Of a stretch of DNA of 64,000 bases, positions 24,780 through 37,775 are shown piece after piece (positions within the stretch are counted from its first letter, which is position 1; every line of letters begins with the position of its first letter). The translations under genes were made by a program, and so were the position numbers. Below the pieces are notes generated by a model. That model was not told where the DNA came from, ran no database searches, and saw only the letters and a program-made list of their open reading frames with translations. The stretch is from Vicugna vicugna. Taxonomy: Eukaryota. The stretch spans positions 3,437,111-3,501,110 of the forward strand of contig MU058824.1 of NCBI GenBank assembly GCA_013265495.1. Direction: 5' to 3'.

Positions 24780-25450
24780 CAGAAATCCAATGATATTTAT
24801 TCTGTTCAATACAGTTTAACTAGGTTAAAAAATGGAGACAAGGACCAGTGAAAGCAGTAATCACTTCAGCTTTGTGAAGGAAAGTCATGTCTGACCAATT
24901 CAAGTTCCTGCACTGATAAAGAGACAGCCCTTGATGATAAGGTGGAACAAGATGTATAAAATGGCTTTTTGACAGTCTCATATGACATTTCAATTATCCT
25001 CTGAAGATAAAGTATGGCCATAGTATTTATAGGTGGATACCATGCTGGACAGGAGATTATTCCTCCAGAGTAGAGTTCACTGGTTTGGACAGTGAGTTCC
25101 TGTGCACACCCCTGTGTATCTGAGAGGTTTATGTGCCAGATCTGATGTTACATTTTGTCGGGACTTAGCACTCCCACTACAAGTGTCTGATGGTAGCGAT
25201 TCTGATGGGATAAGTGGGAGATGAGGTTACAGTGAGGGAGGAAAACTAAACTGTCAACAGTACCTTGAAAGATTAAAGAAGTCACCAATTGAAAAAAAAA
25301 TGGGATAGAGTACTAAGTAGTATATTTAGGGGACAAAAATGAATTCTAGAATAAAAATAAGTAGTTACTTATAGATGTTAGTATAAAATATAAATTCCAA
25401 TTGATCACAGCAAGCCTCGAAGTGGATCTGTGCCATACAGTTGTCAATAT
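24780..25450 (+). mobile_element. Ancient CR1/L3 LINE RT-region remnant in the last ZCCHC7 intron
   Basis: 'aagtcatgtctgaccaatt', 'ggctttttgacagtctcatatgacatt' and 'aggtggatac...agagtag' follow, in order, the CR1/L3 RT nucleotide pattern as I recall it. Confidence 0.55.
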
Positions 25451-26319
25451 AACATTTAAAAAGGAGAACAAATGGTTTTTCTCTGATTATAAAAGTCATA
25501 AATGCTCATTAAAGAAAATCTGGGAAATACAAAAAAGTGTAAAGAAAATTAAAAAAAAAAAAGAGACGACATTTTGATGCAGTTCTTTTTAATCTTTTTA
25601 AATTTAGTTTGCTGATCATTATCTTCATGTATTATAATTTCTCTATATATAGTTGAGATAAATTTTACATAAAATTTAATATGTAAAATATGCAGGAATT
25701 GAGAAGTAATTCCTCTACTCTTCCCAGAATTGCTATCTTCATTTTGAAAGGACCTGAATTCAGAGAAAGAGAGGTAGAGAAAATAGACTTAAATTATAAA
25801 ATAATTTGGTGAGAAAGAACATTATGTTAGCAACAGCAAATAAGGAAACTACAGAGAGTGGCTGTGGACCTGGAGCTCTGCTCATAATGGTGGCCAATAA
25901 GAAATGACCTCTTTGGCGAAGCTCCTGGAACTACCAGGAATCATCTAGTAGGGAAAACTTTTCTTTGATTGAAAAATAGCAGAGACACAAAAAGGGAAAA
26001 AAAAAATTACTTGTTGAACAGAAAAATCTCAAAGGGGCTTTTAAAAATTCTGCATGCATGTACAGATAGAAGTATTTTCTGGACATTTTCTAAAATGATC
26101 ATTATGCAAGAAAAAATGCTCATTGTGAATAGAGTACAACACAGGATTTTTTAAATGGGTGCTTGATTTCTAGAGATCAAGAAAGTTCCAGTTTCTATAG
26201 TAATTATTAAAAACATTTTTGGTGCTAACCAAAGACCCACAAAACAGGCAAAGACAGTGCGAAAAAAGAAGTTTAGAAACTCCTGCAAAGGTGATCTAGC
26301 AAGATGTCTAATAACATAC

Positions 26320-26437
26320 CTTTTACTTTTCGTTTTATTCTCTGATCTCTCTCCCGGATTTCATATTTGTCATCATAGTAGTAGATGAATGGAGATGTTG
26401 GAAAGGTCTGGTTAAACATTCGTCTTTCTGTACATTC
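26320..26437 (-). CDS. ZCCHC7: ZCCHC7 118-nt penultimate coding exon ([39 protein letters not shown]+G), phase 0/1
   Basis: tttgcag|GAA...AAA G|gtatgt. Open frame resembling the ZCCHC7 [13 protein letters not shown] segment. Confidence 0.95.
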
Positions 26438-27350
26438 CTGCAAATTGTATTTGAAATTATGATGTCACAAGGTCACACTGTTCAGATAACCTTTTTTTGG
26501 CAAAATTATGGACCACTATAATTAGAGATGAGCCCCACATCACTGATACTCACACTGTAGCTGCAGGCTGTGGTCTCGCTGGGACTCTGGAAGGATCAGC
26601 CAGCCCGACACTCAATTGTGCTTACATGCTATTCTTCAAAGTTTAGATTTTCTTTCTTTACTTCTTTATCTATGAAATCCTTCTTATTTTTTTTAATCTT
26701 CCCTGCCAACCCCCTCCCCTAGCAATGCCTTATACCTCTGTTAGAGGGTTTATTTTATTCAGCTTTATACTGTATGAATCCTTTGCTTATTTGTCTCTTC
26801 TAAAGCCTTCAGTCAAGTGCTTCTCCTTTTCTTCTTCCCTTCACATTTATACCCCTAAATATGGGAGTAAATTCTTAGCCCTTTCCTCTGTTCCCTCCAC
26901 ACAAGTGGCTTTTGCAAACTTGTTCTAAGTCAATACTCACTGCTCACAAGGGCAGTGATTCTTATGGTGGGGAGCAGGGTGGTAGTGGTTTGTGTCTAGT
27001 TTGAAAATGCTCCTAGGTATTTTGAAGGAAATCTGTTTTCCTTGCTCCCTCTATTCAAGATGAGGTCGCTCCTCTTACTCCCCCTGGACAGCTCCCCACT
27101 CTCATGACTCTGGCCTGCCCACAGCTGCTAGTTCCCAAGTCCACATCCTTGGCCTGAGCCATGCCCCAAGGAGCAGGCTTTGTTTGTCCTGACCTGTGAC
27201 ACACATTTATTCAGCTTGTCTGAAACCAAATAATGTCTTTTATATGAAAGAGGTTTCCCTTTGAAACTTTCCCACTACTGTCCTCTGTCATCTTGCCTAA
27301 ATTTATTACAAACATTCTTCTTAGTTAGGTACTGAAGAAAAATTAAAATA

Positions 27351-27773
27351 CAGCTATCTCCTGCTTTTCAAAAGTTCGCTTTACACCGCTTTGCTTTGTG
27401 AAAGAGCTATATTAGCACCTGTTTTCACTAACAAAGAAATATAAAGAGGACTTTCACTTTTACAAAAAAAGGTGAAAAGTTAAAATGGCAGTTTAGCGTT
27501 TGTTTTGCAGCAGACATTACGGAGGCAGTGAGCACCCGGAACAGTGAGAGTTGCGCCACCAAGCTCCTTCCCCAGGAACTACACACAGAATCCCAGCATC
27601 AAGCCACCACAGCTTTGAACTGTGTCTGTGAGCATCTGTCATTTATCTCCCTTTATTTTGTGCATCTGTTAACGAGATGGGTCCTAAGGTAATTGTTTCT
27701 TCACTTGACAGCCACTTCAGCTTAGGAAAGGTTTCATAGGAACGCCCAAGTTTCAGATTGTGGGGGAAATTTG
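27351..27773 (+). mobile_element. TcMar-Tigger-type non-autonomous DNA transposon fossil
   Basis: Flanked by TA (27349-27350 and 27774-27775). Imperfect TIRs cagctatctcctgc... / ...tgggggaaatttg. Tigger-like subterminal text 'aaagttcgctttacaccgctttgc'. Confidence 0.65.
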
Positions 27774-27954
27774 TACCTCTTAGGAAGAAAGTACATGAAA
27801 TATCTGCATAGAATTTAGCTGATTATCATAACTTTGTCATTATATACTCAACTTGTAATTCTAAGATATCAAAGCTGATAGCCATACACATAATTTGTAG
27901 ATTTAAAAAACTAGGAATCATTCTAAATACACACTTACATATAGAAAATAAAGT

Positions 27955-28120
27955 AATGGAGGGAAAGAAAACCTATTTCAAGAAATAATGGCTGAAAACC
28001 TTCTTAATCTGGCAAAGGAACCAGACAGCCAAGTCCAAGAAGCACTGAGTCCCAAACAAGATGAACCCAAAGAGACCCACACCAAGATACATAATTAAAA
28101 TGTCAAAAGTTAAAAAGACT
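27955..28120 (+). mobile_element. L1 ORF1 fragment
   Basis: 'gaaataatggctgaaaac...caagtccaagaagcac...gtcccaaacaagatgaacccaaagagacccacaccaaga' (EIMAEN/QVQEA/PNKMNPKRPTPR). Confidence 0.8.
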
Positions 28121-28309
28121 CTTTTCAAACTTTTCCAACAAAATATTCGTAAAATCAGATGAGGAAAGTTCTAGAGATTAACAAAAAGCTGTCCATCCCC
28201 ACAGTGAAACCACTTTGAAGATCTAGCTTTAAAATTCATGTGAATTTGCATTCTATTTCATAATATAACCAAATGCAAAAGCATATACAGTGAAAAGTAA
28301 GTTTCACAA

Positions 28310-28900
28310 GTGTTGAACTCTCTTACACTACTGGTGGAGTATAAGCTGGTACAATCACTTCGGAAAACTGGCAGTGTACACGAAAGCTGAATACACGCAG
28401 TATCCTGAGACCTAGTAATTCCACTCCTAGGTGCATACACGACAGAAATGCATACGTAAGTTTACTGAAAGATGTGCTCAAATGTTCACAGCAATACTAG
28501 TTGCAATAGCCCCAAACTGGAGACTGTCCACAACAGTAGAACGAATAAACAAACTGTGGGATTCATTAAATGGACTACTATTCATGGATGAGAATGAATG
28601 ATCTACACCACATGCATAACACAGATAAGTCTTGTAGACAAATGTTGAGGAAAAGAAGCCAGACACAATATACTATGTATGATTCTGTTCGTATAAAGTA
28701 TAAAGACAGGCAAAACTAATACAAGCTATTAAGAATCAGGATAGAGGGTAACCCTTTTTGCTTCTAGGATGCTGATAAGATTCCGATTCCTGACCTAGGT
28801 GCTGGTTACTCTGATGTGTTCATTGTGTGAAAATTAACTGAGCTGTACATTTACAGTTTGTGAACTTATTTGTATGTGTATTCTGCTTCAATTTTTTTTA
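28310..28900 (+). mobile_element. Old L1ME-type 3' end
   Basis: 'ctggtggagtataagctggtacaatcacttcggaaaac...aattccactcctagg...aatagccccaaactgg'. Confidence 0.75.
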
Positions 28901-29199
28901 TAAAAAGTCTCTCCTCTAGTCCCTTTCCCCTCCCTAGAGGAAACTTCTGTTACCAGTTTCTTGTGTCCTTCTTGAGATATTTTAAGCATGTAAAAGCTTC
29001 TATGTCTTGTTTTTTCTTTTCATAAGTAGCATACAAAACACACTTCCCTTTGCCTTTTTTTGCTCCTCACTTAATATGTTGTGCAGATTGTTCAGTTTCA
29101 ACACATATAGATCCGCTCTTTGTTTAGTGGATCTGTGAGCACTCTTCTGGCTCTGAAACCAAGAATTGAAGATCTAAAACAGGTAGTTCTTAAAGACAT

Positions 29200-29760
29200 T
29201 AAGGTGAATGAAAGAAGCCTTAGGAAAGAATACACATTGTAGGATTCCAATTATATGAAATTTTATAGCAAGGAAAATGAATCTATGGTGGGGACAAAAT
29301 TAGAACAGTAATTGTCTCCAGTGGAGTGGCAGTGGGACTAAGAAGAGTCATGAGGGAAGTTTCTAGGATGATGATAATGTCCTATATCTTGATAGGGGTT
29401 TGGGTAACAGAGACAGGTGCTTTTATCAATACTCAGCAGTTATACACTTCTAAATGTGTGCATTTTATGTAAGTTTTTTAACTCAGAAAATACGTAAAAG
29501 CAACAGATATTGAGCTCTAAGTTAATGATATGCATGCTAAATAGTTTAGGAATGAAGTGTACTGATAATGACAATCTATTTGAAATGCATGAAAAAATAA
29601 AATGGACTGGTACAAAGATGGATACTTAGGTGATAAAGCAAGAAAAGTAAAATGTTAATGGTAGAATCGAGTTGATGAGTATATGGGTGTTCATTGAAAA
29701 AGTCAACTTTATGTTTGAAAACTTTAAAAATAAAATGTTGGAAGGAAAAGAGAAAGAGAA
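29200..29760 (+). mobile_element. Old L1MC/ME-type 3'UTR
   Basis: 'catgagggaagtttctaggatgatgataatgtcctatatcttgataggggtttggg'. Confidence 0.7.
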
Positions 29761-29859
29761 GCAAGCTGGATATTGCCTAGACAAAATACGATTAACTATT
29801 TTAAAATGTATGATTAAGTGGCATTTAATGCTGTAGAACCACCATCTCTCTCTAGTTCC

Positions 29860-30600
29860 AAAACTTCATCATCATTGGGATTTTGATAGGGGTTACATTT
29901 ACTCCTAAGTATTGTATTCTTTTTACTGCTATTGTAAATCAGATTATTTTCTTAATTATCTTTCTGGATTGTTCATTGCTAGTATATAGAAATGCAACTG
30001 ATTTTTGTGTGTTGATTTTGTATCTTGGAACTTTGCTGAATTCATTTATTAGCTCTCACTGTGTGTGTAATCTTGAGTGTTTTCTAGATATAAGACCATG
30101 TTATCTGTGAATGGAGACAATTTCACTTCTTCCTTTCTAACTCAGATGTCTTTTATTTTTCTTACCTACTTTCTCTAGCCAGAACTTCTAATAAAATATT
30201 GACTCAAAGCGGCAAAAGTGGGCATTGTTCCTGATTGTAAGGGAAAATTTTTCAGTCTTTCACCATTGAGTATGTTGTTAGCTGTGGGTTTTTCATATAT
30301 GGCCTTCATCATGGTGAGGAAGTTCCCTTCTATTTCTAGTTTATTAAGTGTTTTTCTCATGAAAGGATGTTGAATTTTATAAAATTCTTTTATTGTATCA
30401 ATTGAGATGATTGTTTTTTTCCCTTCATTCTATTAATGTGACATATTACATTGATTAATTTTTGTCTGTTGGCCCATTCTCGAATTCCAGGAATAAACCC
30501 CACTTAGTCATAATGTATAACCCTTTTAATGTACTGCTTTGGCTTGCTAGTATATTGTTCAAGATTTTTATGTTAATATTCATAAAGGATATTTGTAATT
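29860..30600 (-). mobile_element. L1 ORF2 (RT region) fragment
   Basis: Minus [42 protein letters not shown]. Confidence 0.9.
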
Positions 30601-31592
30601 AAAAAAAGGAAAATAAAGTAATGGAAATCTGTACCTACCATTTAACTTTATCAAATGATAACATTTACCCTTTATTTTCTTCAGTTTTCCTCTACGCATT
30701 AACAATATAATTGAAATCCTCTGTGTAACTTCTTTCCATTTCCCATTCAATTTTTTCCCTTTCCAGAAATTGGTGCCATTTAAGACAAGTTGGTGTCTGC
30801 CATTTTCATGTGTTTTAATACTCTTACTACTAATGAATATTCCAATAAACAACAGTAAAAGCTTAGAAGTGTTGAGATTTCATAAAAATGACACCATTCT
30901 GTGAATATTTTGAAATGGCTTTAGGTTATAATAGCTTCACAGAACAAGTTCAGTGGTGTTCTTTTGAATTACCTGTCTGAATAAAGGTTTGGTAAAACCT
31001 GACTACAAAACCACCTGGGTCTGGTATATTTTGGTAGGGAGAATTTTGATTACTAATTCAAGTTCCTTAGTGGTACTGGTTCATGTAGGTTTTTTCTTCT
31101 TTAGTCATTTTGTTAATTTGTATTTTTCCAGAGAATTATTTATCTGCATTTTCAGATTTAACATTGAACTTTATGAAGTTTATATAGTATTCTCTTATAC
31201 TTAAAAAATTATACTGTATCTTAAGCTATTTACACTTTTCACTCATTATTTGTATCTCTTCCTTTTCTTTGAGTAGTTTTTCCAAAAGTCTGTCTCTTTT
31301 CTTTTGGAAAGAAAATGTCTCCAAAGAAGCACCTTTTGGTTTTGATGATGCTATTTATCATGTTCTCTATTTCAATAATTTTGGTTCTTATCTTCGTCAT
31401 TTCCTTCTTTCAGCTATCTTTAGATTTATCCTGTTGTTGAGTTTCTGGATCTTTTGGGGCTTTTTGGGGTCTTCAAAGTTGTAAGGCAAACTCATACAGT
31501 AATATAAATTATTGCTTTTATAAATCACTATCCATGGTGGCTCCATGTTTCCAAAAGAAAGGATACCCATGAAAGATTTGGATGTAAGATTC

Positions 31593-31941
31593 TGCTTTGG
31601 CCTGAATGTCTGTGTGTCCCATGACCCAATTCAGATGTTGAAATCTGAACCCCAAAGGTGATGGTATTAGGAAGTGGACCATTTGGGAGGTGATTAGGTC
31701 ATAAGGGTGGAGCTCTTATAAAATAGACCCAACAGAGCTCTCTAGCCTTTCCCACCACCATGTGAGGACACAGCAAGAAAGCGTCATCTATGAGGAAGCA
31801 GGCCCTAACCAGACACTGATTCTGCTGGCACCGTGATCTTGGGCTTCCCAGCCTCTAGAACTATGAGAAAAAAATTTCTGTTGTTTATAAGCCACTCAGT
31901 CTATGGTAGTTAGTTTATAGTAGCCTGAATGAACTAAAACA
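31593..31941 (+). mobile_element. MaLR solo LTR (MLT1A0-like) with intact 5-bp TSD
   Basis: TG...CA termini flanked by GATTC at 31588-31592 and 31942-31946. MLT1A text 'atttgggaggtgattaggtcataagggtggagc'. Confidence 0.9.
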
Positions 31942-34131
31942 GATTCTAATCACAAAACATTAAGAACAAACTACAATTACAAAAAGGTACTGGAGATCCT
32001 GACACACTCCCAGCGCCTCGCTCATCTTGGAGTAGTCTCTTTGCACAATGACTACCGTTTCCTATCGAGGTTTGCCTCATGTGGAACTGCCTATGATTGT
32101 CCCTGCCTCTCCAACTAGAGTGAGTAGAATTAGGGAAGGGCGATGCCACATTAACCTAAGAAAAGCTATTCATTAACATATACAGAACTGAGTTTCTGAA
32201 GCTGAAGAGGAGGGGTCCTCAGACATCTTTAACCACCTGCACAGTCTCCCATTTGGATCCCGATGTGGCTATACAGAGCTATACAGTCCTATAAACATTT
32301 TCCAAAGCTAAATGTAAATTATATTTTGATTATCCACATCGCTGGTCCCCTCCATTAGCACAGACAATTGATAGTTGGCTATATAATTTATCTACTATTT
32401 TGGATTAGCCACACCACTGATCTTCTTCATTAGTGTGGATAATCTAGAATTCTTCATCTATGGCAGCAATGAGGCTGCCAAATTTACTTTATTGTAAATT
32501 AAAAATTATCTAAATCTAGATTTCAGGGATAAATTCCAAATGCTTTTAATATATTTCCTATCTACATTAACAGGAGTGACTAGTAAGCAGTATGTGTCCA
32601 ACTATAATTGTTTTTCCTTAATTGAACAAACATAAATGTTAAAAATCATACCCTCTTTGCTTTAAAGAGGTAAGCAAGCATAAATTGTACATCTATGTGA
32701 TTTGTGTGGCAGTAGACTGCTTATGTGAATATGTTTGCCACACAGTGTTGGCAATATCTGAATTTTGACAACAAGAATCTAACTAGGTTTCCAGTGTGAG
32801 TTCTGTAGCAGTGAAGTAATTCTATTGCAGGGTCCCTCCATCTGTACCCCTTTACTATGGATCTGATCACAGTGGAAATACCAAATCAGTGCTGAGAGAT
32901 CTCCCTGTGCAACTTCTTTGCTTGGGAGATACAGAAACTGGAGACCAGAGAGAAATAGTGGGTTGCTTTAAGGCACATGGTTAAGTCAGCAGTAGAGCAT
33001 AAGTTGAGGATCAGAACTCCTTCCTAGTTTTCATATTCTACCCCTTCATTCCATGGTCCTGCTGCTCCAAGGCAGAGGGAAAACTCCATCTGTTGATGGA
33101 CTCTGTGCAGTACTTTTTCTTCAGACTTTTTGTCTCTCCCCATACCATAGAGTTCTATCCCCAAGGTCTTCACCTACAGGTGAAGGCTTGGTCAGAATTC
33201 AAGATGTGACCTGCAATACTAACCACTCCATCCTACTGCTCACACCTCTAACCATTTTAAGCACCTCCTCGCCCTGTATGCTTTCCATCTTCTGTCATCA
33301 GGTCTGATTTGATATTAGTTTATTTTGGTTTCTAGGCCAATAGAAGCCTATCTGGAGACTGGGAATGTATTTTTCCATATAGATTTTCTACTTGTCGTGC
33401 CAAGGACTTTCCTTCTCTGCCTTAAGATTCCCAGAATGTAGGAGCTCTGAGTCTACTCTTATTGCATCCTGACTCTGCCATGAGCTGTTACTGTTTCACA
33501 CTTAATAGGATAACTGGTGAGGAAACTCACTCCCACTTCATGGCAACAAGTTTCTGCTTTGATGTCTCAGCATCCCAAACACACAAGTTTGGCCCTTTCA
33601 GCTAGTATTAGGAAATGTGCAGGCTGGACAGGGAATCTGGGCATTTGTGGGGAGACAGGCTGGATGACAATGCAGCATCTCTGTCTTCCACTAGCGAGTG
33701 TCAGGGTTTGTGAGCGAGTGGTAAAGATTTAACTGAACACAGTATCAGGGAACACTGGAGGTACTGGAGAGCTATGTAGAAAATCTAAAATCATGATTTG
33801 GCTAGGTCAAAGTACCAGTAATCCTAAGAACTCATGAGAACTGTAACCATTCTATCGACGACTATTATTTCTCTGACTGATTTTATGAGCTGTATTTATT
33901 TAGTTTAACCTGTTCACGTATATTTAAAACAATTAGAGGAATGTGCTCTGACAGATCCTTTATTCTAGCAGGAAGGGGAGAAGTAAATCAGTTGAAAACA
34001 TATGAAGTCTTACTTCAAGATAGTAGGTTATAAGAAATAAGTGTTCAGAATTACATTCGTTTCGAGTGGTTCTTTCAGCAACCACTCCTGAACAACAGAA
34101 AGCTTTAAGCCCAAATGCCACTTAAACTTAC

Positions 34132-34227
34132 GTGTCCATAATGGCCTTCTAGCCCACAGTTGTAGCAATACACTGAGGCTGATTGTCCAGAAGGGGTCTT
34201 CGGCTTTTTGGGTGGTCCAGGTTTGGT
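34132..34227 (-). CDS. ZCCHC7: ZCCHC7 96-nt coding exon ([32 protein letters not shown]), phase 0/0
   Basis: ttgcag|ACC...CAC|gtaagt. Encodes CX2CX4H of the last CCHC knuckle, which is completed by the first residues (EC) of the next exon. Confidence 0.95.
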
Positions 34228-34449
34228 CTGCAACATGAATATTTGTAAGGATTTAGTAAATGTCAGAAGACAATTAAAACCTCATTCTTTCCAAAAGAAC
34301 TTTTTTAGGAAAGAGATTCCTTAGAAGTACTGCCTCCTAGAGTTTAGTGTGGAGACCCCATATTCAGACGGTTCTGTGTATTAAAGTGTGTAACATGACA
34401 ACAATTCTTTTATTCTTAACATCAACGTGTGCTTCCCTCCCCTGCCTTG

Positions 34450-35330
34450 CTCCTCATTCCATTCAGCACTACGCCCAATACTGAGGTAGATATTAGGTAT
34501 CTGAGATAGAGAAAGAGTTAAAGTCTAGTAGAACATGACAGACATATACACAGATAATGACAAACAATGTAAGCACTGTGACAGAAGTACGTATAAGGTA
34601 TTTGTGGAGTGGCAAGGGGGATCTATCATTGGATGGGGTGAGGAAGTCAGGGAAAGCTTCTCTTGAAATATAAAATTTAGGTTTATTCTGAAAGAATTAG
34701 GTGTAAATCAAATGAGGACTTCTAGGTAGAGGGAAAGGATGCTTTACAGGTTTCTAACTTGGGTGAACTGGTGAGTAGTAGTGTCAACAATTGATTCAGA
34801 AAAGTACGGTAAGAAGGAGGAGTCAATTTAGAGGAAAAGATGATGAAATCTGTCTTGAATGTTGAGTATCCAGGTGGAGATGTCCACTAGGCAGTTATCT
34901 ATAAGATAAAGCTTAGAAAACATGTCTGAGCTGAATGCTAGATTTGAAAGTAAGCTGCATAATAGCGGAGGCTGAAATGACCAGAGAGGACAGAGCTGCC
35001 ATAGCCAGGTGAGCGGCAGTGAGCTAAAGATGGAATCCTGGACACAACATGTAACGGGCAGGCAGAGGAGCCTGTGAAAGGGACAGACAAGGAGAGGTTA
35101 AAGGATGCAGAGTCACAGGAGAATACAGTCGCAGACCTTAGAGTAGTTTCAAGAAGGATGAACTGATCTACAATGTCAAATACAGCAGAGAGGCCTAGAG
35201 AGAGATTAGAACTGAGAAACATCCATTAGATTTGGCAATTGTTCATGGATAACCTCATTGTGAGAATTTTGGAATCAGTGGGAAGGTAGAAAGTAGAAGG
35301 CAATAGGTTGAGGAGTGAGGAGATGCCATA
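34450..35330 (-). mobile_element. L2 LINE remnant
   Basis: 'caggtggagatgtccactaggcagtt' and 'gtcaaatacagcagagaggcc...ccattagatttggcaat' are typical antisense L2. Confidence 0.7.
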
Positions 35331-36959
35331 AAGAAGAGCAAGGAAAATGATTACCCACAAAAGCCAGGATGGTGGTTACTGCCCTTGGGGAGAGAATAGC
35401 ACACAGAGGGTTTCAGGGTAGCTGCGATTTTCTATTTCTTGAACATAGTGTGTTCTTGAGTGTGTTATATAACTAATTTATTAAATTGTACACATATGTT
35501 TTATGTACTTATCAGTATGTATATTCTATTTCATAATAAGAAATGTTAAAAAAAACTGATTGGAAGTTGAAGAAAAGTAGACAGTAGGTACATATTATTT
35601 GAGAAGCATGAGTAAGGGGCGAAATAATATCAGTCAGCACCTAGGGGGAGGGTTTGGTGGAGTCTGTTATTAGAATGGGAGAGACCAGAACATATGAGGG
35701 AGCAGAAAGAAAGGATGGACAAGAGCAAAACCCCTGAGGTGGGTGGGACGGGCTTTCAACAGGAGAAAAAACTAATTCTCCCCATATTTTCTGGAGATTG
35801 GAAGGATGTGAATAAACTTGGATAAGTTTATTTCTTATGTTCTTCATTGGGATCCTATAACAAAGAGCGCCAAGTAACTGGTCTGCCAGCTAATCTTGTT
35901 GCTGTTGTTTAGTGTGGCAAACAGGTGGTTTGTGGATGTTTTATCCTTTTGATGTAGGAAAATACCTATAGGTTATAAAAATAATCTTCTTCACATAACT
36001 TTACTTTGAGCTCCTATTTCCTAAGATGGAAAATGGGGATGACAATAACCTGATAGATGTTTTCTACTGACAATACAAAATGGAATTTACAACTTCAGCT
36101 ATTATCAATTGAGATATAATCAAAACACAATCAACAAACATCTTATATTCTCCAATAAAAAATGTGGTTCATGAATTGAGACTAGTTAAAAGCCACTAAA
36201 CACAGATTTAACAGGTACCCACATAAGCATGTACCACTCATTGCAGTGGTTTAAAATTTTTTTTCAGGTAGTAGAATACTGGGAAGACATGCAATTATTA
36301 AGCAGAAATAATTTTTCCATCTAAAAGATAACTCTATTATTTGATGTGATATAAAACTGCAACCATGAGCATATGTGGTTTAAGAGAACGAAATAAAACC
36401 AGAAGAGATGGTACCATGGATGTGAAGGTAGAACAGATGATGTTCCAAGGGAGAAGTTATCAAAAGCTATTGATGGATCAAATATGATGAAGACTACAAA
36501 ATCCATTGGACTTAGCAATCAGAAAGCTGTTGGCAACTGGAAACAGCTGTGAGCAGTTACATTTGAGAGGCAGAGGCACAAGCCAGATACTAACGGGTTC
36601 ATTACAAGTAGAAAGATGCTGAAGAACAGAACATAGATGACTTTTAAAGAAACTATGCTGTGTATGAGAGAAAGGAAGGGGACAAGTAGCACAGAATTTA
36701 GGTTCAAGCATACCTCCATCAGTGACATTTACCAGAGTGCTGGACACATGGCATGAGCAAATGTGTACATTCTTTCATTAACCTACCCCCAAAATAATTA
36801 TTGAGTGCTTAATACATGTTCTAAGATTAGCTGAGAAGTGAGCAAGACAAAAATCACTGCTCATATCTCCAGTGGTGGAAGACAGATAAACAAAATCAAT
36901 AAAACACAGACATACTCACAGTATCAGACAGTAATAAGTGGTATGTAGGAAATTAAAAT

Positions 36960-37212
36960 ATGGCCTACGGGTAAGAATGATTTTTACATTTTAAAATGGT
37001 TTAAAATTTTTAAAAAAGGATGTTTTGTAACACGTGAAAGTTACATAAAATTCAAAATTCAGTGCCTATGAATAAAGACTTATTGGAACACAGCCAGGCT
37101 GCTTTCCATGCTACAAGGAAAGAGTTATGTCAGAGACTACTCATTAGCCTGCCAAGCTAAAATATTTACTATCTGGCTCTTTACAGAAACAGTTTGCCAA
37201 CACCTGACCTAG
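36960..37212. mobile_element. MER58-like hAT-Charlie element
   Basis: 'ttattggaacacagcca...aaaatatttactatctggctctttacagaaacagtttgccaacacctg'. Confidence 0.85.
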
Positions 37213-37469
37213 AGTAGAGTAAGTGCTTAATAAACAGGTGGTGAAGGAGTAGATGTTATATAGCCTCCAATATTTTAGAGAGTGGAAATGAATTATGCAG
37301 ACAATAAAGGTATTTAAAGTAGATATGAACACTGAAAAACACAACAAAAGCTTTATGGAATTTCTCTGAATTTAATTATTTTTACTGCTTATGTTTGAGG
37401 AAATTACAAGTAGCCCTAATGCTGTTCCAACTTTCTGTAGCACTCTTTCCACAGATTAACACGGTACAG

Positions 37470-37775
37470 ATGCTAGTTCATTGCCTTCAAGTCTTGGCTC
37501 AAATGTCACTTCCTTAGTAAGATCCTCTTGACCATCCTATTTAACATTTCTAGCTCCCTCCAATTGGTGTTCCCTACTCTCCTTCACTACTTTTTTTTTA
37601 AACTCATGACACTTATCACATCTGATATACTATATATTTTACTTGTTTGTTTTATCTATCCTCCAACTCAAAGGGATTTTCATCTGTTTTTTTTTTCACT
37701 GCTATACCCCAGATCCCAGAACAGGTCTAGGCATATAGTAGGAGTACAGTAAATGTCAAGGAATGAATAATCAGG
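37470..37775 (+). mobile_element. L2 3' end
   Basis: 'gctcaaatgtcacttcct...cactgctataccccag...ggcatatagtagg...gaatgaat'. Confidence 0.75.
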
